Positions 15,101 to 26,776 of a stretch of 64,000 nucleotides of DNA are shown here, one piece after another. Each line of letters begins with the position of its first letter. The first letter of the stretch is position 1. This stretch comes from Botryllus schlosseri (lineage: Eukaryota): positions 25,794,001-25,858,000 of the forward strand of contig CM119372.1 in assembly GCA_051294905.1 (NCBI GenBank), in the 5' to 3' direction. Below the pieces are notes generated by a model. That model saw nothing but the letters and a program-made list of their open reading frames with translations, made no database searches and was not told where the DNA came from. Both the position numbers and the translations under genes were made by a program.

Positions 15101-17008
15101 TGTACAATTTGTACATATACGTAACTATTCGAAACTAGGCCGTGTGGTGATTATTATACTGCTGCGAGGTAGTGGCGTGTGCAGTGTAATGATCAGTGCA
15201 GTGACATAATCCACAGCGGGTGTTCTTGCAATCACAGTACCAGACTTGGACAACTAGATAATTCTAGTTGTCTAATTTCACTAAATTAGAGCGAAATGCC
15301 AGTAATCTAATTCTAATCTAATTTGTGAAATGCTTCCATGCTCTAATTCTAATTCTAATCTAATTTGTGAAATGTTCGTATGCTCTAATTCTAATTCTAA
15401 TCTAATTTGTGAAATGTCCGTATTCTCTAATTCTAGTTCTAATCTAATTATTGTTTTCCTGAAAATGCCTCTTTGCCCGAGGCATATTGCACTATTGCAG
15501 TGAGTTAAAAAGAATATCCCGCTTGCGCAGGGAAATCCAGTGCCAAGCCGCCATCGCATTACTTACACCGTGCAGTCATAGTAGACATTATGACGAATAT
15601 AGCCTGCTAGAGTAGCTTGTAGTCTGCGAACAGCATTCTAGTTTCTAAAACTTTACGTTAGTACATTGCCATTCTGACTAACATTGGCGATGCCCATGGT
15701 TACCATAAAAAAAAGTAATATTTTATTAAAGTATAGTTAAAATCGAGCCAAGCTTGGTGTACAGAAGTTAACCATTCTCATGTTTATGGGAATGTACTAT
15801 TGTTGTTGTTTATTAAACAAAAATATGTGGCACCTATCGCCTCACGGCCTTTTGCACCACGCACTGTGATTTGATGTGAACTGCATTTTGCTGTATTCAT
15901 TTCCCATATACAATTTCATTCCATTTTCAAGTTTTTGCGAACTAAGTATAGCTCTAATTCTAATTCTAATCTAATCTGGAAAAGGTTTAGTAGCTCTAAT
16001 TCTAGTTCTAATCTAATTTGAAAAAGCTGTGTAGCTCTAATTCTAATTCTAATCTAATTTGGAAAAACTGTGCAGCTCTAATTCTAATTCTAATCTAGTT
16101 TAAAAAAAATTGTGGAGCTCTAATTCTAATTCTAATCTAATTCAGAAAAGCTGAAAATTTTCTAGTTGTCCAAGTCTGCACAGTACTACATTATTTACAT
16201 CGAATATCTATTTACTACGTGCGGATAATTCGTTACGCAATCAAGAACCAAGCTAATACTTGTGACGCCATAATGAGTATAGAGGCGTTTGAAAACCCGA
16301 CATTTCTGTTGTCCAAATCCTGTTTTAAATCATACTCTTCGTTGCTCATGAATGTTCATAGTTCAGTTTATGTCATGGGCATTGCACAAATGAAAAGTAA
16401 TTGTTCTTTCACAAAGAAATCGATTAGATATGTGAAGTAGTCGATTACGATTACGATTACTTCGGATTTTTTTCGAATGTAATCGATTGCGATTACGATT
16501 ACTTGGAAATGCTGTAATCGTCGTAATCGATTACGATTACTAATCACGATTACCCCATGTCTGATAGGCATTGCCATGTTTCTGGATATATGGTACCGGT
16601 ACCATACCTGCGGTGCATTGTTAATCAATCAATTAACCCTATTTTTAGCTCCAAAATTGATGATGCTTACGCTATATCGGCCTTAGACACTGCGTTACCC
16701 GTGTCATATCATTAGGGTACGGGGACGGGCACAGTACGTTATGATGAATGACAGAATGAGGATACCTGTTTCAACAAAAGCATCTTCTGCTGTTCTTCTT
16801 GCAATCTCCTCAATTCCTCCTGTTCCTGGGATTGAGTATCTTCTTCTTCCTTTTCTTTCCCACGATTAAGCATTCTCGTAGGAGTCGACTTCCCAGAATT
16901 TCCTGCACGATTTGCCGATTTTGGTTGCTGTCAAATAGAATGATTTCGTACTTTTCTGTCGAAGAATCAAATTCATGGAAACCTTTCAAAGTATAGACTT
17001 ACCGGCAT
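128..17008 (-). CDS. DNAI7: Dynein axonemal intermediate chain 7 (CASC1 / axonemal 84 kDa protein), 15 exons in window, 3' end beyond left edge
   Basis: Phase-consistent GT-AG exons in transcript order: 17003-17008, 16766-16927, 12262-12405, 11930-12067, 9516-9662, 9277-9457, 6968-7051, 6779-6909, 5633-5702, 4017-4207, 3284-3509, 2097-2311, 608-781, 382-492, 128-270 (2123 nt). Translation starts MPQPKSANR, then an E/K coiled coil, WERYMRCDGTPDP, LWGNLNKNPRF, DLRQYHQLGGVF, NMPFQQWELRP, AGVNIFP and FTWSKWN, all recognisable CASC1-family motifs. Confidence 0.92.
1486..1960. mobile_element. hAT/Charlie-like MITE
   Basis: TIRs CAGGGGTCGGGAACCT / AGGTTCCCGACCCCTG; flanks only partly duplicated (cacctcgt/caccacag). 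Confidence 0.7.
4752..5214. repeat. Foldback (inverted duplication) of a dispersed repeat
   Basis: ~4789-4995 is the near-perfect reverse complement of ~5008-5216; single-arm copies at ~2560-2805 and ~63743-63830. Confidence 0.8.
6560..6690 (-). mobile_element. tRNA-derived SINE fragment
   Basis: On minus strand: B-box GGTTCAATCCC followed by the CCCGCTTGGTGCTCAGCA core shared with the copy at 33611-33727. Confidence 0.6.
7141..7605. mobile_element. hAT-like MITE with GACTC/GAGTC repeats
   Basis: Perfect 8-bp TSD GTGTATCG (7133-7140, 7606-7613); termini CAGGATTGTAA / TTACAACCCTG; homologous partial copy at ~22880-23356. Confidence 0.85.
7851..8207. mobile_element. Degenerate palindromic MITE
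   Basis: TTGCTAGGCGATTAAATCGTCAGGCTGCCTAAAA pairs with TTTTAGGCAACCTGACAATTTAATCGCCTAGCAA; the interior is also self-complementary. Confidence 0.6.
9684..10268. mobile_element. Palindromic P-like MITE
   Basis: Two ~280-bp inverted arms; termini (C>T)ATAGAAATT / AATTTCTATG; perfect 7-bp TSD GTATAAC (9677-9683, 10269-10275). Confidence 0.8.
13911..16563. mobile_element. hAT-like non-autonomous element with GATTAC subterminal repeats
   Basis: TIR CAGACATGGGGT / ACCCCATGTCTG; perfect TSD ATAGGCAT; hosts nested element 15241-16178. Confidence 0.9.
15241..16178. mobile_element. Nested hAT-like MITE with TCTAAT repeats
   Basis: TIR CAGACTTGGACAACTAGA / TCTAGTTGTCCAAGTCTG; perfect TSD CACAGTAC. 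Confidence 0.9.
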
Positions 17009-17142
17009 GATTGTTTATCAGATATAACCACTTGAAATGAACCGAGAAAGGTACCAAAATACTGTATCGTGGAGTCTTTCAATAAAACGCGCATGTGGTA
17101 GTGAAGTTTTTTGGACTTGCAGAGGAATATCAGTTGAGTAAC

Positions 17143-17156
17143 GTAGTCAAGGCAAC
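17143..17156. promoter_or_regulatory. Probable RFX X-box in DNAI7 promoter
   Basis: GTAGTC-AA-GGCAAC approximates the X-box consensus and lies ~135 bp upstream of the ATG of a motile-cilia gene. Confidence 0.55.
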
Positions 17157-17709
17157 GGCTCGGAAACTCAAGAGCCATACTCTTGAACCGCCAGGGGTCA
17201 GTAGAGACTGAAGCAGGCATGGACCAAAGTCACTCAACTATGACAAGTCGTCCGAACTGATTTTACCACTGTGATTCTATTAGAATTTTTGGCGAAAATC
17301 GGTGATTGTGTGAATCATGAAAATATACTCGGGTGTCATTACATTTTGTGCTTTGGAAATTACATCGGCTTATTCAGGAACCTCTTGCCATACTGTTTCT
17401 TGGTGATGTATTCAATGACAAATGCACGTAAACGACCGTTTTCGGGTGTATTTCCAGGTATTATGACGAAAAAACAATTTTAAGAAGACGAAGAGATACC
17501 TACTACACAGCCGTTTGACTGAATATTTTGCAGTTGAATCGTAAGAAATGTGTCGGTGATAACGCTCAACAGACCATGTCTATCGACTATCCTTGGGTAT
17601 AAATATATTTCGAAGAGTGCGGGAATGATTTGACACCGGCGGCTGCTACGAAGAATCATCATTTTCTCGAATATATGATCACGACGAATAGTAGAACACT
17701 TTTTTAAAA

Positions 17710-18695
17710 GATTTAGGCTCCGGACTCTACATACATCTCATTAGAATCGAATTGAAATCGGACATTTTCGAAATTTCGGTAATCCGGACACACTTATGGC
17801 CCCAGTTCGACCCTTGGGACGTCGACTTGAATAATAATTTTGGTATTGATGGAATCGGCTAGACTAGTAGAATCCATTTCAAGACGAATTAGGCTTCGGA
17901 CTCTACATATATCTCATTAGAATCGAATTGAAATCGGACATTTTCGAAATTTCGATAATCCGGACACACTTATGGCCCCAGTTCGACCCTTGGGACGTCG
18001 ACTTGAATAATAATTTTGGTATTGATGGAATCGGCTAGACTAGTAGAATCCATTTCAAAACGAATTAGGCTTCGGACTCTACATATATCTCATTAGAATC
18101 GAATTGAAATCGGACATTTACGAAATTTCGATAATCCGGACACACTTATGGCCCCAGTTCGACCCTTGGGACGTCGACTTGAATAATAATTTTAGTCTCG
18201 ATAGAAGCGGCCAGATTAGTAGAATCCATTTCAAAACGAATTAGGCTTCGGACTCTACATATATCTCATTAGAATCGAATTGAAATCGGACATTTTCAAA
18301 ATTTCGATAATCCGGACACACTTATGGCCCCAGTTCGATCCCTGGGACGTCGACTTGAATAATAATTTTAGTCTCGATAGAAGCGGCCAGATTAGTAGAA
18401 CCCATTTCAAAACGATTTAGGCTTCGGACTCTACATATATCTCATTAGAATCGAATTGAAATCGGACATTTTCAAAATTTGGATAATCCGGACACACTTA
18501 TGGCCCCAGTTCGACCCCTGGGACGTCGACTTGAATAATAATTTTGGTATTGATGAAATCGGCTAGACTAGTAGAATCCATTTCAAAACGAATTAGGCTT
18601 CGGACTCTACATATATCTCATTAGAATCGAATTGAAATCGGACATTTCCGAAATTTGGGTACCCGAATTACAATTAGGGCCCCGCTTGACCCGTG
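17710..18695. repeat. 176-bp tandem array, left arm (~5.5 units)
   Basis: The unit ...ATCCGGACACACTTATGGCCCCAGTTCGACCCTTGGGACGTCGACTTGAATAAT... recurs every 176 bp. Confidence 0.95.
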
Positions 18696-18777
18696 GCTTC
18701 TGTTCGTCCAGCACTCTGTTGACGAGCAGCTGATATTGTACAGCTAATTTTTGTGTATAAGTAATCTGTAGTAATGT

Positions 18778-19208
18778 TAGGGTTACAAGGTTACGATACC
18801 TCCTTTAAAGAGGATTTGTCCTATTTTTTGACTATTTTGAAAGTGTCCCGGGAGGACGCCCAAATGTCATTTTTTTAGATCTTGTCCTATTTATCGGCGA
18901 ATTTTATGGTTAAATATAGGGTGAAATTCGACTGAAGTACAGCACATCGGCACCGGAGTAACGTTCCGGAGGACATTCCGGGAGCTGAGCTGAAAATTCG
19001 ACATATTTGTCTATTTTAGTCAATCAACGAAGAATTCAACAAAAGTGTGAATTTCTGGAGCCAAGTCGGAAAATGATGTTTTTAAAGTCAACCAACCACA
19101 AAGTCGGGAAAAATTTATCATTTTTTCCGGATTTTACTCCGGTTATTGTAAGTCTGAAAACTTTGGAGATCTGTCCTCTTTTCAGATTTCCAAAATATGG
19201 TAACCCTG
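18778..19208. mobile_element. hAT/Tip100-like MITE
   Basis: TAGGGTTAC / GTAACCCTG termini; TSD AGTAATGT/ATTAATGT (1 mismatch). Confidence 0.65.
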
Positions 19209-20162
19209 ATTAATGTATTAGATTTAGTTTAATGTGTGTTGTGATTGGCACTTATCAACACTTCGGTCAAATGCACCCTCACGGTAATTTTATAATTTCG
19301 TGTCTTTTCGGTTTTTTCCGCCTTCGCAGTTCTTTTTCTGGTCTCTGCTGGCGGCTTGGCTTTCTTGAGTTCGTCTCTCTCTTCATCTGGGCTTGTGAAG
19401 GCACTGAGGAGCCCAGCTACACACATAGAAACACGGCAGAGCCGAGACTACAAAGAGCAATCATTGGTGTCGGGACTGTGATGCTTAGCACACTGCGCCA
19501 CTCGCTTCCCCTGTATATTGTGTTGTATTGTGATAGATATTTGTATTAATGAAATTTGGGGTTCCGTGAAGGTCTCCACATTGGCGTATTCCGTGGGTTC
19601 TGCGGCTTGGTAAGGGTTAAGAACCACTGAGCTGACAGCTTCGCGCTTTCACCATGTAGGCCTACTTTTAATTCAGACAATACATCTTATGATCGGTTCA
19701 AGGTCTGGTGTCAGACAAAATCCATCAGCGGTGTGTAGATGGCACGACGACGTAACTATGACATTTAAAATCAAAGGTTTCAGCACAAGTTTAACTCATT
19801 CCGAATTCAAGAATGATAATTTCTCTCAAATGGCTTCGACCCTCTTCAGATGATTTGACGCCTGCAAAAGGGGTGCACCCCAGTTTGAGAATCACTGTTA
19901 TTGAAGAAGAACTATTGACAGCAATGCTTGGGGCAACGCAGGGGTCGTAGCTGAAGCAGAGAATTGTGTACATTTTTGCCCTTAGGGAGTCGGTTTCAGA
20001 CTTCAGAGTCGAAATCACAATTTCACTCCCATGAGAGACGGTAGCCGAAGCGAGTCGTCAGTCAGAGTCGCAAAGTTGAGTGCAGTCAGGAGTGGAGGGC
20101 GCATCTCAATTGATGCGAGATCTCCAGCACGCGCGGTAGTTACCGGTTATTGGAAAGGGATC

Positions 20163-20870
20163 CAGTGTTGGGATCAAGTCACCACCTTCGAGTCACGAGT
20201 CATTTCGAGTCATTGCACATTTCGACTCGAGTCGGGTCAAGTCAATTGATTTTCAAAAGTGACTCGAGTCAAGTCAAGTCAGTCGATTTTTGGAAGTGAC
20301 TCGAGTCAAGTCGAGTCAAGTCACAATTCAGGTCAAGTTGCCCTTTCGAAGTATGGGACATGATTACGTCATTGCATTTTGCGAGCTGTCTGAAATATAG
20401 ATTGAGTGGTCATTGATTCCGAACCGATGAACGAAAATAGAGTTAAATGTTCTGTAGTGTACATGCAAGAAGGCGCTATGTCGCTCACATATACGTAGAA
20501 CTGGTAAACCACGTAAGTAATTGCACAGCCTCAGTTTATACTTACCAGCTAAAATAGAAAATAGAGAATAGAGAAACGAATTGATAAGATATGCAATACA
20601 TTATCCATTTAGAATTTGATATGTTACAATTCGAGCCTGCACCAATGGTTTAGGACTATTTAAACTATATATTCGAATTTAATCTCCTTAAAAGAGCAGA
20701 GAACAGAAATGCTCATTTTGCTACTAAATTACTTTACTACTAGTTTACGACAACGATCACTTCGATTGCGGTCAATTTATTTGTGAGAGAACAATGGAGG
20801 CTCAGTCATACGTAAAAGGTGACTCGAGTCTGACTCGAGTCAAGTCATGACTCGAGTCATCCCAACACTG
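20163..20870. mobile_element. MITE with GACTCGAGTC repeats
   Basis: TIR CAGTGTTGGGAT / ATCCCAACACTG; no clear TSD; related copy at 34726-35902. Confidence 0.75.
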
Positions 20871-21008
20871 AGAGATACATTGTTTGAGGGCCCTTTTACA
20901 ACAGTGCGGCACAGGAAGGATGATGCATAATGCAATGTTACGCGATTTATCGATCTATATTTTATACCTATACGAAATAATTTCATTGCTTGGTTTATCG
21001 AAAATTAG

Positions 21009-24000
21009 AGGGTACTGGAGTCATCACAAGCCCGAGCCCGAGAGTTCCGTGGATTGGACCGTAATATGCTTTCCACACGATGCCCAAACAGACACTTTTA
21101 ACTGTGGAGTCCTGGTGCTGAAGGTATGAATTTTGTAGGTCACGTCTAGGGTTGCATTCAAAACAAAATCAATTCAAAACAAACATGTTTAAATCAAGGC
21201 CCTAATTTAATCCATGTTTGATATTGTTTTTCTTTTAAGCCATGACGTCACGAATATCAATTGTAACGTCATATTGCATTAACATTGACAATTGAAAATA
21301 TAGGGTAAATATAGCTCCTTTGACGAAATATATATGTACTATTAATGTTAAACCGACTATTATGAGACTTCCAACTATCCCATATCGACATACGTCGGCT
21401 ATAACGGGTGGTAGTTGTCCGTAGGCTCATACAACATGTTTTGGAAAGTATTTACACATGTATGGCATAATTTACCATCTTTAAAAAACGCATTTTTTTT
21501 AAATAGGCCTTTGTTTTAAACACTGTTTAAAACAGAGGTCTCGAACAGGCGGCACGCGGGGTACAAAATCAATTGTAGAATTAGGCCTGTATGATGTGGA
21601 ATATTTTCTGAGTCAATTTATTCAACTGGAAAATATTCTTCGCGCTATGCGCGATTTTATGTGCAATGACAGTAACCATAGCCTACTTACCACGACCATT
21701 TCAGAAACATGGATTAGGCTACACCACTTAAATGCTCTGGTATCATATCAATCTTCAGTAAATTTTAAAATATTCTACATTAAATCATGGCACGTCAAAG
21801 ATCCGCTAGCTGTAATATTATAACCCGACAGCTTTTACCCTGTCATGATCCGTCCTCTCGCAAGATGTCTATAACTTATTATTTTAACAAATTGTGCCCA
21901 GCACAAAAATAAATTTATTCAAATATATGAAAATATGATTTTTTTCGTGTAAAACGTGAATAGTAATAGTATATTACATTTTCACGATGTTTTTTGGAAT
22001 ACCGGTCTGCAAGGTCCCGTCAAAAAGGCCTACTTGAAAATTATACATTGAATACCCCTAATATATAATGATGCTGCGGCGGCCCGCGGTGTCATCAAAA
22101 ACTAGGAAATTGACCCGCAAGCGCGTTTGAGTTGGAGTCCTCGGTTTAAAACATGTTTCAATCAAAGTGTTTTAAAACACTGTTTGTTTTAAATGCAACC
22201 CTAGTTACATCAATTCAATTCAAACTCCCAGCGACTGATTTATCATTTTGCATTGTCTGCGATGAGGCTTCTTTCAGTTTAGAGAACAGTCACCTCTGAT
22301 TACTCGTATGAAAACATTTGGTTGGTGTTCTTAGTTTGCGGAAAAGTTCTTGTTGGGTGAGGCCACCGATTTTCCGGCAAGCACTGAAGATTGCAAACGC
22401 TATCGCGAGACCATTGGAAACATGTTGCTCGAACTAACTGGTATAAATGTTAGCTGTTATTTAGTGGTAAAATATCATATTACTTCTTTTACATATAGAT
22501 GAGAAAGTTCTACTCGAAAGTCGAAATGGGTAAGTAGAATGCTTGCCGACTCTCGAATGTGTAATTAGCTCATTGTTCCAAGCGAGATAGCGTAATGTTG
22601 ATCGAGTTAGACATTGTGACGCATAGTTGCGTCACAATGTCAAGCTCGATCACGATGCAAAATTCGAGGCTGATTTTGGGGTGTTCATGAGCAGAATGAA
22701 ATATATATTTTCGTAATCAGCACAGCAGCAGCTTTCCATTGATGCCCATTTTATCAAATTTAGCGATCGGTAAGCAGGTCAAAATTGGTCGTAAAATTGC
22801 CTTTGGACAAATGCAGCTAAATGCAGTGAGCCGTTCAATCTCGCTGTGACAACACCACGCTATGTTGGCTTTTATCAAAATACGAAAATGACTCGAGCTT
22901 GAATGGACTTGGACTCGAGTCATTGCGCATGACTCGCACCAAGTCATATGACTCGAATCTCAACGGCCAAGACCGACACTTCATTGTAATTCAAATGAAT
23001 AGTAAAGCAACCAGCACACTGTTGGTATTTCGCCTTGGTACTGGCACTTGAAAATGTGAGAAGAAACTGTTGAAAGTGAGGAAAATTAGTATATTTTAAG
23101 TGCGCACCATTCGATATCACCAAACAAAGTTATAAAAATTGGTTCCGACAAGACTTCAAGTAGAAACTGAGCAGTGAGCAGTAAACGCAATTACTTTGAC
23201 TCGGACTTGAGTCAGAATACCACGACTCGGACTCGGCCCACTGCTTGTACTCGGACTTAGGGGTGAATTGAATATGACTCGACTTGACTCGAGTCAAAAC
23301 TATAAAAGTGAGATTGACTCGTGACCCAGAGCCTTGTGACTTGGTTACTACCCTGCTATGTTCACACCATCCCTATTGGTGTAGCCTATTTTAATCGAAA
23401 TCGCGAAGTTCATGTTCAAGTTCAAATAAATTAATTCCGGAACTGTAGCTCTTCACAATATTTGCCGTTTTCACTGTGTTATAGGTTACGTTATAATTAG
23501 ACGACAGAGACAGAAAGTTATACAATTTTTTTAATATCACATCAATAAACGTTTTAATTGTTTCAGAAACGATGGTAAAAGACCGCATATGCTAATCCAA
23601 TCGAGCTCTGAGGATGACGATATAACCACGGAAGAAGTCAAAAAATCTATGGGAAAGCGCCGCAAAATGCCGGAAATTACATCAACGGTTACCTATCAGA
23701 GAGTTCCGATTTTCACTACATTTAAAGCACCGATCCCGGAAATGTTATCGGAAGAACAAAGCGAAGACATTTTTGAACACGTTAGGAGCATTTGCATAAG
23801 CTCGGTAACCAAATCAAATCAGGAGCAGCAACACCTTCGTCGCCACGGGCTTTTTTTGCTATCAAAGAATCATGACAGGTTGAAAAAGCATGGCTACACA
23901 AATCCAATTTGGGAATACAATGACGTAGATTCGGTGTGTAAGTACGTCAAGTCGAAACTTTGCTTACGGAGGACGTTTGCGAATAAATCAAACGCATCCG

Positions 24001-24234
24001 GCCGAATACTTCCGCGACCCGGGGAATTTTTCAATCGAAGTAATCAACCCTGGCGTCATTGCAGAAAACTGTGATGTAATGAAATTTTTGAAACCAGATT
24101 TCAAAGTCCATTCATATTTTAGACTTGTAATTTTGATTGAAATTATAATCAAACTAACCATGGTAAAAAAAAATCTCAGCTACAAAGACGCTGAAGATCT
24201 CCTAGGATGTTACTCAACAATGGTAATAAGTTGA
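21009..24234 (+). pseudogene. 5'-truncated spliced Ulp1/SENP (peptidase C48)-like gene carried by the foldback element
   Basis: Phase-compatible exons 21009-21123, 22335-22440, 22499-22529 and 23567-~24074 give ...HDAQTDTFNCGVLVLK|FAEKFLLGEATDFP...RYRETIGNMLL..., i.e. the Q-x-D-x-x-N-C-G catalytic Cys motif. A probable frameshift near 23975 extends the reading to 24234. No catalytic His/Asp exons found. Confidence 0.7.
21147..22203. mobile_element. hAT-like MITE in Ulp1 intron with nested MITE 21533-22143
   Basis: TIR TAGGGTTGCATT / AATGCAACCCTA; the inner element is flanked by TSD GTTTAAAA; an uninterrupted family member lies at 53265-53720. Confidence 0.8.
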
Positions 24235-24276
24235 TTAATGCAAGAACTACAGTTTTGAATGAGCTTTCCCGTATTT

Positions 24277-24279
24277 GTT

Positions 24280-24311
<32 letters not shown>

Positions 24312-24332
24312 ATTGTTGTTGTTGTCGTTGTT
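24277..24332. repeat. (TTG)n microsatellite
   Basis: Direct reading. Confidence 0.9.
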
Positions 24333-24539
24333 ATCTTGCACATTCTTACAGTTCGAAAAAAAATTTAAAATCGGAATTGCTAGAATGTTGTTTTATTGTT
24401 CCGGCTGTATCATTAGTGTAGGTATTGTTCATTATTTCAGTCTTCCCAGCTATGTACACTGGGTAAGAGGACACCCAACCCAACCATGTTATGTTATGTT
24501 ATGTTATGTTATAGAGCAGAGCCATAACTCACACGCTCT

Positions 24540-26065
24540 AAACCGAAGGGTCGAGCTGGTGCCATAAGTGTGTCCGGTCCGGATTATAAAAATTTCTAAA
24601 ATGTCCAATTTCTATTCGATTCTAAAGAAATATATATAGAGTCCGAAGCCTAATTCGTTTTGAAATGGGTTCTACTAATCTGGCCGCTTCTATCGAGACT
24701 AAAATTATTATTCAAGTCGACGTCCCAAGGGTCGAACTGGGGCCATAAGTGTGTCCGGATTATCGAAATTTCGAAAATGTCCGATTTCAATTCGATTCTA
24801 ATGAGATATATGTAGAGTCCGAAGCCTAATTCGTTTTGAAATGGATTCTACTAGTCTAGCCGATTCCATCAATAACAAAATTATTATTCAAGTCGACGTC
24901 CCAAGGGTCGAACTGGGGCCATAAGTGTGTCCGGATTATCGAAATTTCGAAAATGTCCGATTTCAATTCGATTCTAATGAGATATATGTAGAGTCCGAAG
25001 CCTAATTCGTTTTGAAATGGATTCTACTAGTTTAGCCGATTCCATCAATACCAAAATTATTATTCAAGTCGACGTCCCAAGGGTCGAACTGGGGCCATAA
25101 GTGTGTCCGGATTATCGAAATTTCGAAAATGTCCGATTTCAATTCGATTCTAATGAGATATATGTAGAGTCCGAAGCCTAATTCGTTTTGAAATGGGTTC
25201 TACTAATCTGGCCGCTTCTATCGAGACTAAAATTATTATTCAAGTCGACGTCCCAAGGGTCGAACTGGGGCCATAAGTGTGTCCGGATTATCGAAATTTC
25301 GAAAATGTCCGATTTCAATTCGATTCTAATGAGATATATGTGGAGTCCGAAGCCTAATTCGTTTTGAAATGGATTCTACTAGTCTGGCCGATTCCATCAA
25401 TACCAAAATTATTATTCAAGTCGACGTCCCAAGGGTCGAACTGGGGCCATAAGTGTGTCCGGATTATCGAAATTTCGAAAATGTCCGATTTCAATTCGAT
25501 TCTAATGAGATATATGTAGAGTCCGAAGCCTAATTCGTTTTGAAATGGGTTCTACTAATCTGGCCGCTTCTATCGAGACTAAAATTATTATTCAAGTCGA
25601 CGTCCCAAGGGTCGAACTGGGGCCATAAGTGTGTCCGGATTATCAAAATTTCGAAAATGTCCGATTTCAATTCGATTCTAATGAGATATATGTAGAGTCC
25701 GGAGCCCAATTCTTTTTGAAATGGATTTTATCAGTCTGGCCGCTTCTATCGAGACCAAAATCATTATTCAAGTCGAGGTCCCAAGGGTCGAACTGGGGCC
25801 CTAATTGTGTCCGGATTACCGAAATTTCGAAAATGTCAAATTTCAATTCGATTCTAATGAGATATATGTAGAGTCCGGAGCCCAATTCTTTTTGAAATGG
25901 ATTTTATCAGTCTGGCCGCTTCTATCGAGACCAAAATCATTATTCAAGTCGAGGTCCCAAGGGTCGAACTGGGGCCCTAATTGTGTCCGGATTACCGAAA
26001 TTTCGAAAATGTCCGATTTCAATTCGATTCTAATGAGATGTATGTAGAGTCCAGAGCCTAAATCT
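24540..26065. repeat. 176-bp tandem array, right arm (~8.5 units), inverted relative to left arm
   Basis: GGCCATAAGTGTGTCCGG at 24741, 24917 and onward with 176-bp period; reverse complement of the left array. Confidence 0.95.
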
Positions 26066-26616
26066 TTTAAAAAAGTGTTCTACTATTCGTCGTGATCATA
26101 TATTCGAGAAAATGATGATTCTTCGTAGCAGCCGCCGGTGTCAAATCATTCCCGCACTCTTCGAAATATATTTATACCCAAGGATAGTCGATAGACATGG
26201 TCTGTTGAGCGTTATCACCGACACATTATTTACGATTCAACTGCAAAATATTCAGTCAAACGGCTGTGTAGTAGGTATCTCTTCGTCTTCTTAAAATTGT
26301 ATTTTCGTCATAATACCTGGAAATACACCCGAAAACGGTCGGTTATGTGCATTTGTCATTGAATACATCACCAAGAAACAGTATGGCAAGAGGTTCCTGA
26401 ATATGCCGATGTAATTTCCAAAGCACAAAATGTAATGACACCCGAGTATATTTTTATGATTCACACTATCACCGATTTTCGCCAAAAATTCTAATAGAAT
26501 CACAGTGGTCTGATTTTCATGGAGCGAGAAATGTTGCACAACTTGATGTTATGTAGTTGGGCGACTTACGGCGAACGCCGTTGTAGGTTGGATTATTTGG
26601 AGTTCGCGGCGCAAAT

Positions 26617-26776
26617 ATGACTGGATGTGCTGTGGAAGGTCAAGAAAATGAAGCATCAAGGAAGAATAGCTCAAGAAAGAAGCAAAATAGTGTCTGATAG
26701 AGACTGTCCTGTTCTATTTCGCTTCCCAATAAATCCAATCCTCAACGTCGTCACTTCAGAAGAAGTGGGATCAAAG
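26617..26776 (+). pseudogene. Degenerate THAP-like first exon of P-like element
   Basis: MTGCAVEG... / DCPVLFRFP... / KKW followed by a GT donor, spread over different frames, ~150 bp from the reconstructed left end. Confidence 0.35.

Larger units (their letters stand above)
17265..26509. mobile_element. Foldback-type DNA transposon with long tandem-repeat arms carrying a Ulp1 protease fragment (Zisupton- or MULE-like)
   Basis: Termini ACCACTGTGATTCTATTAG / CTAATAGAATCACAGTGGT; perfect 8-bp TSD CTGATTTT (17257-17264, 26510-26517); ~445-bp unique inverted arms, about 98% identical by eye, followed by 176-bp arrays. Confidence 0.88.

Noticed and set aside
15281..15559. ORF with RLELELE repeats (also LQLQL ORFs at 59144-59377 and 60602-60922)
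   Set aside because: These are translations of hexamer repeats in MITEs.
19791..20150. Possible coding remnant in the foldback element
   Set aside because: No recognisable motif or convincing splice sites in any frame.
24259..24567. Signal-peptide-like poly-Leu ORF
   Set aside because: Artefact of the (TTG)n microsatellite.
24540..26065. CRISPR-like array (constant repeat with variable block)
   Set aside because: The unit is 176 bp, the variable block has only three recurring related states, there are no cas genes, and the context is eukaryotic; it is a transposon arm.
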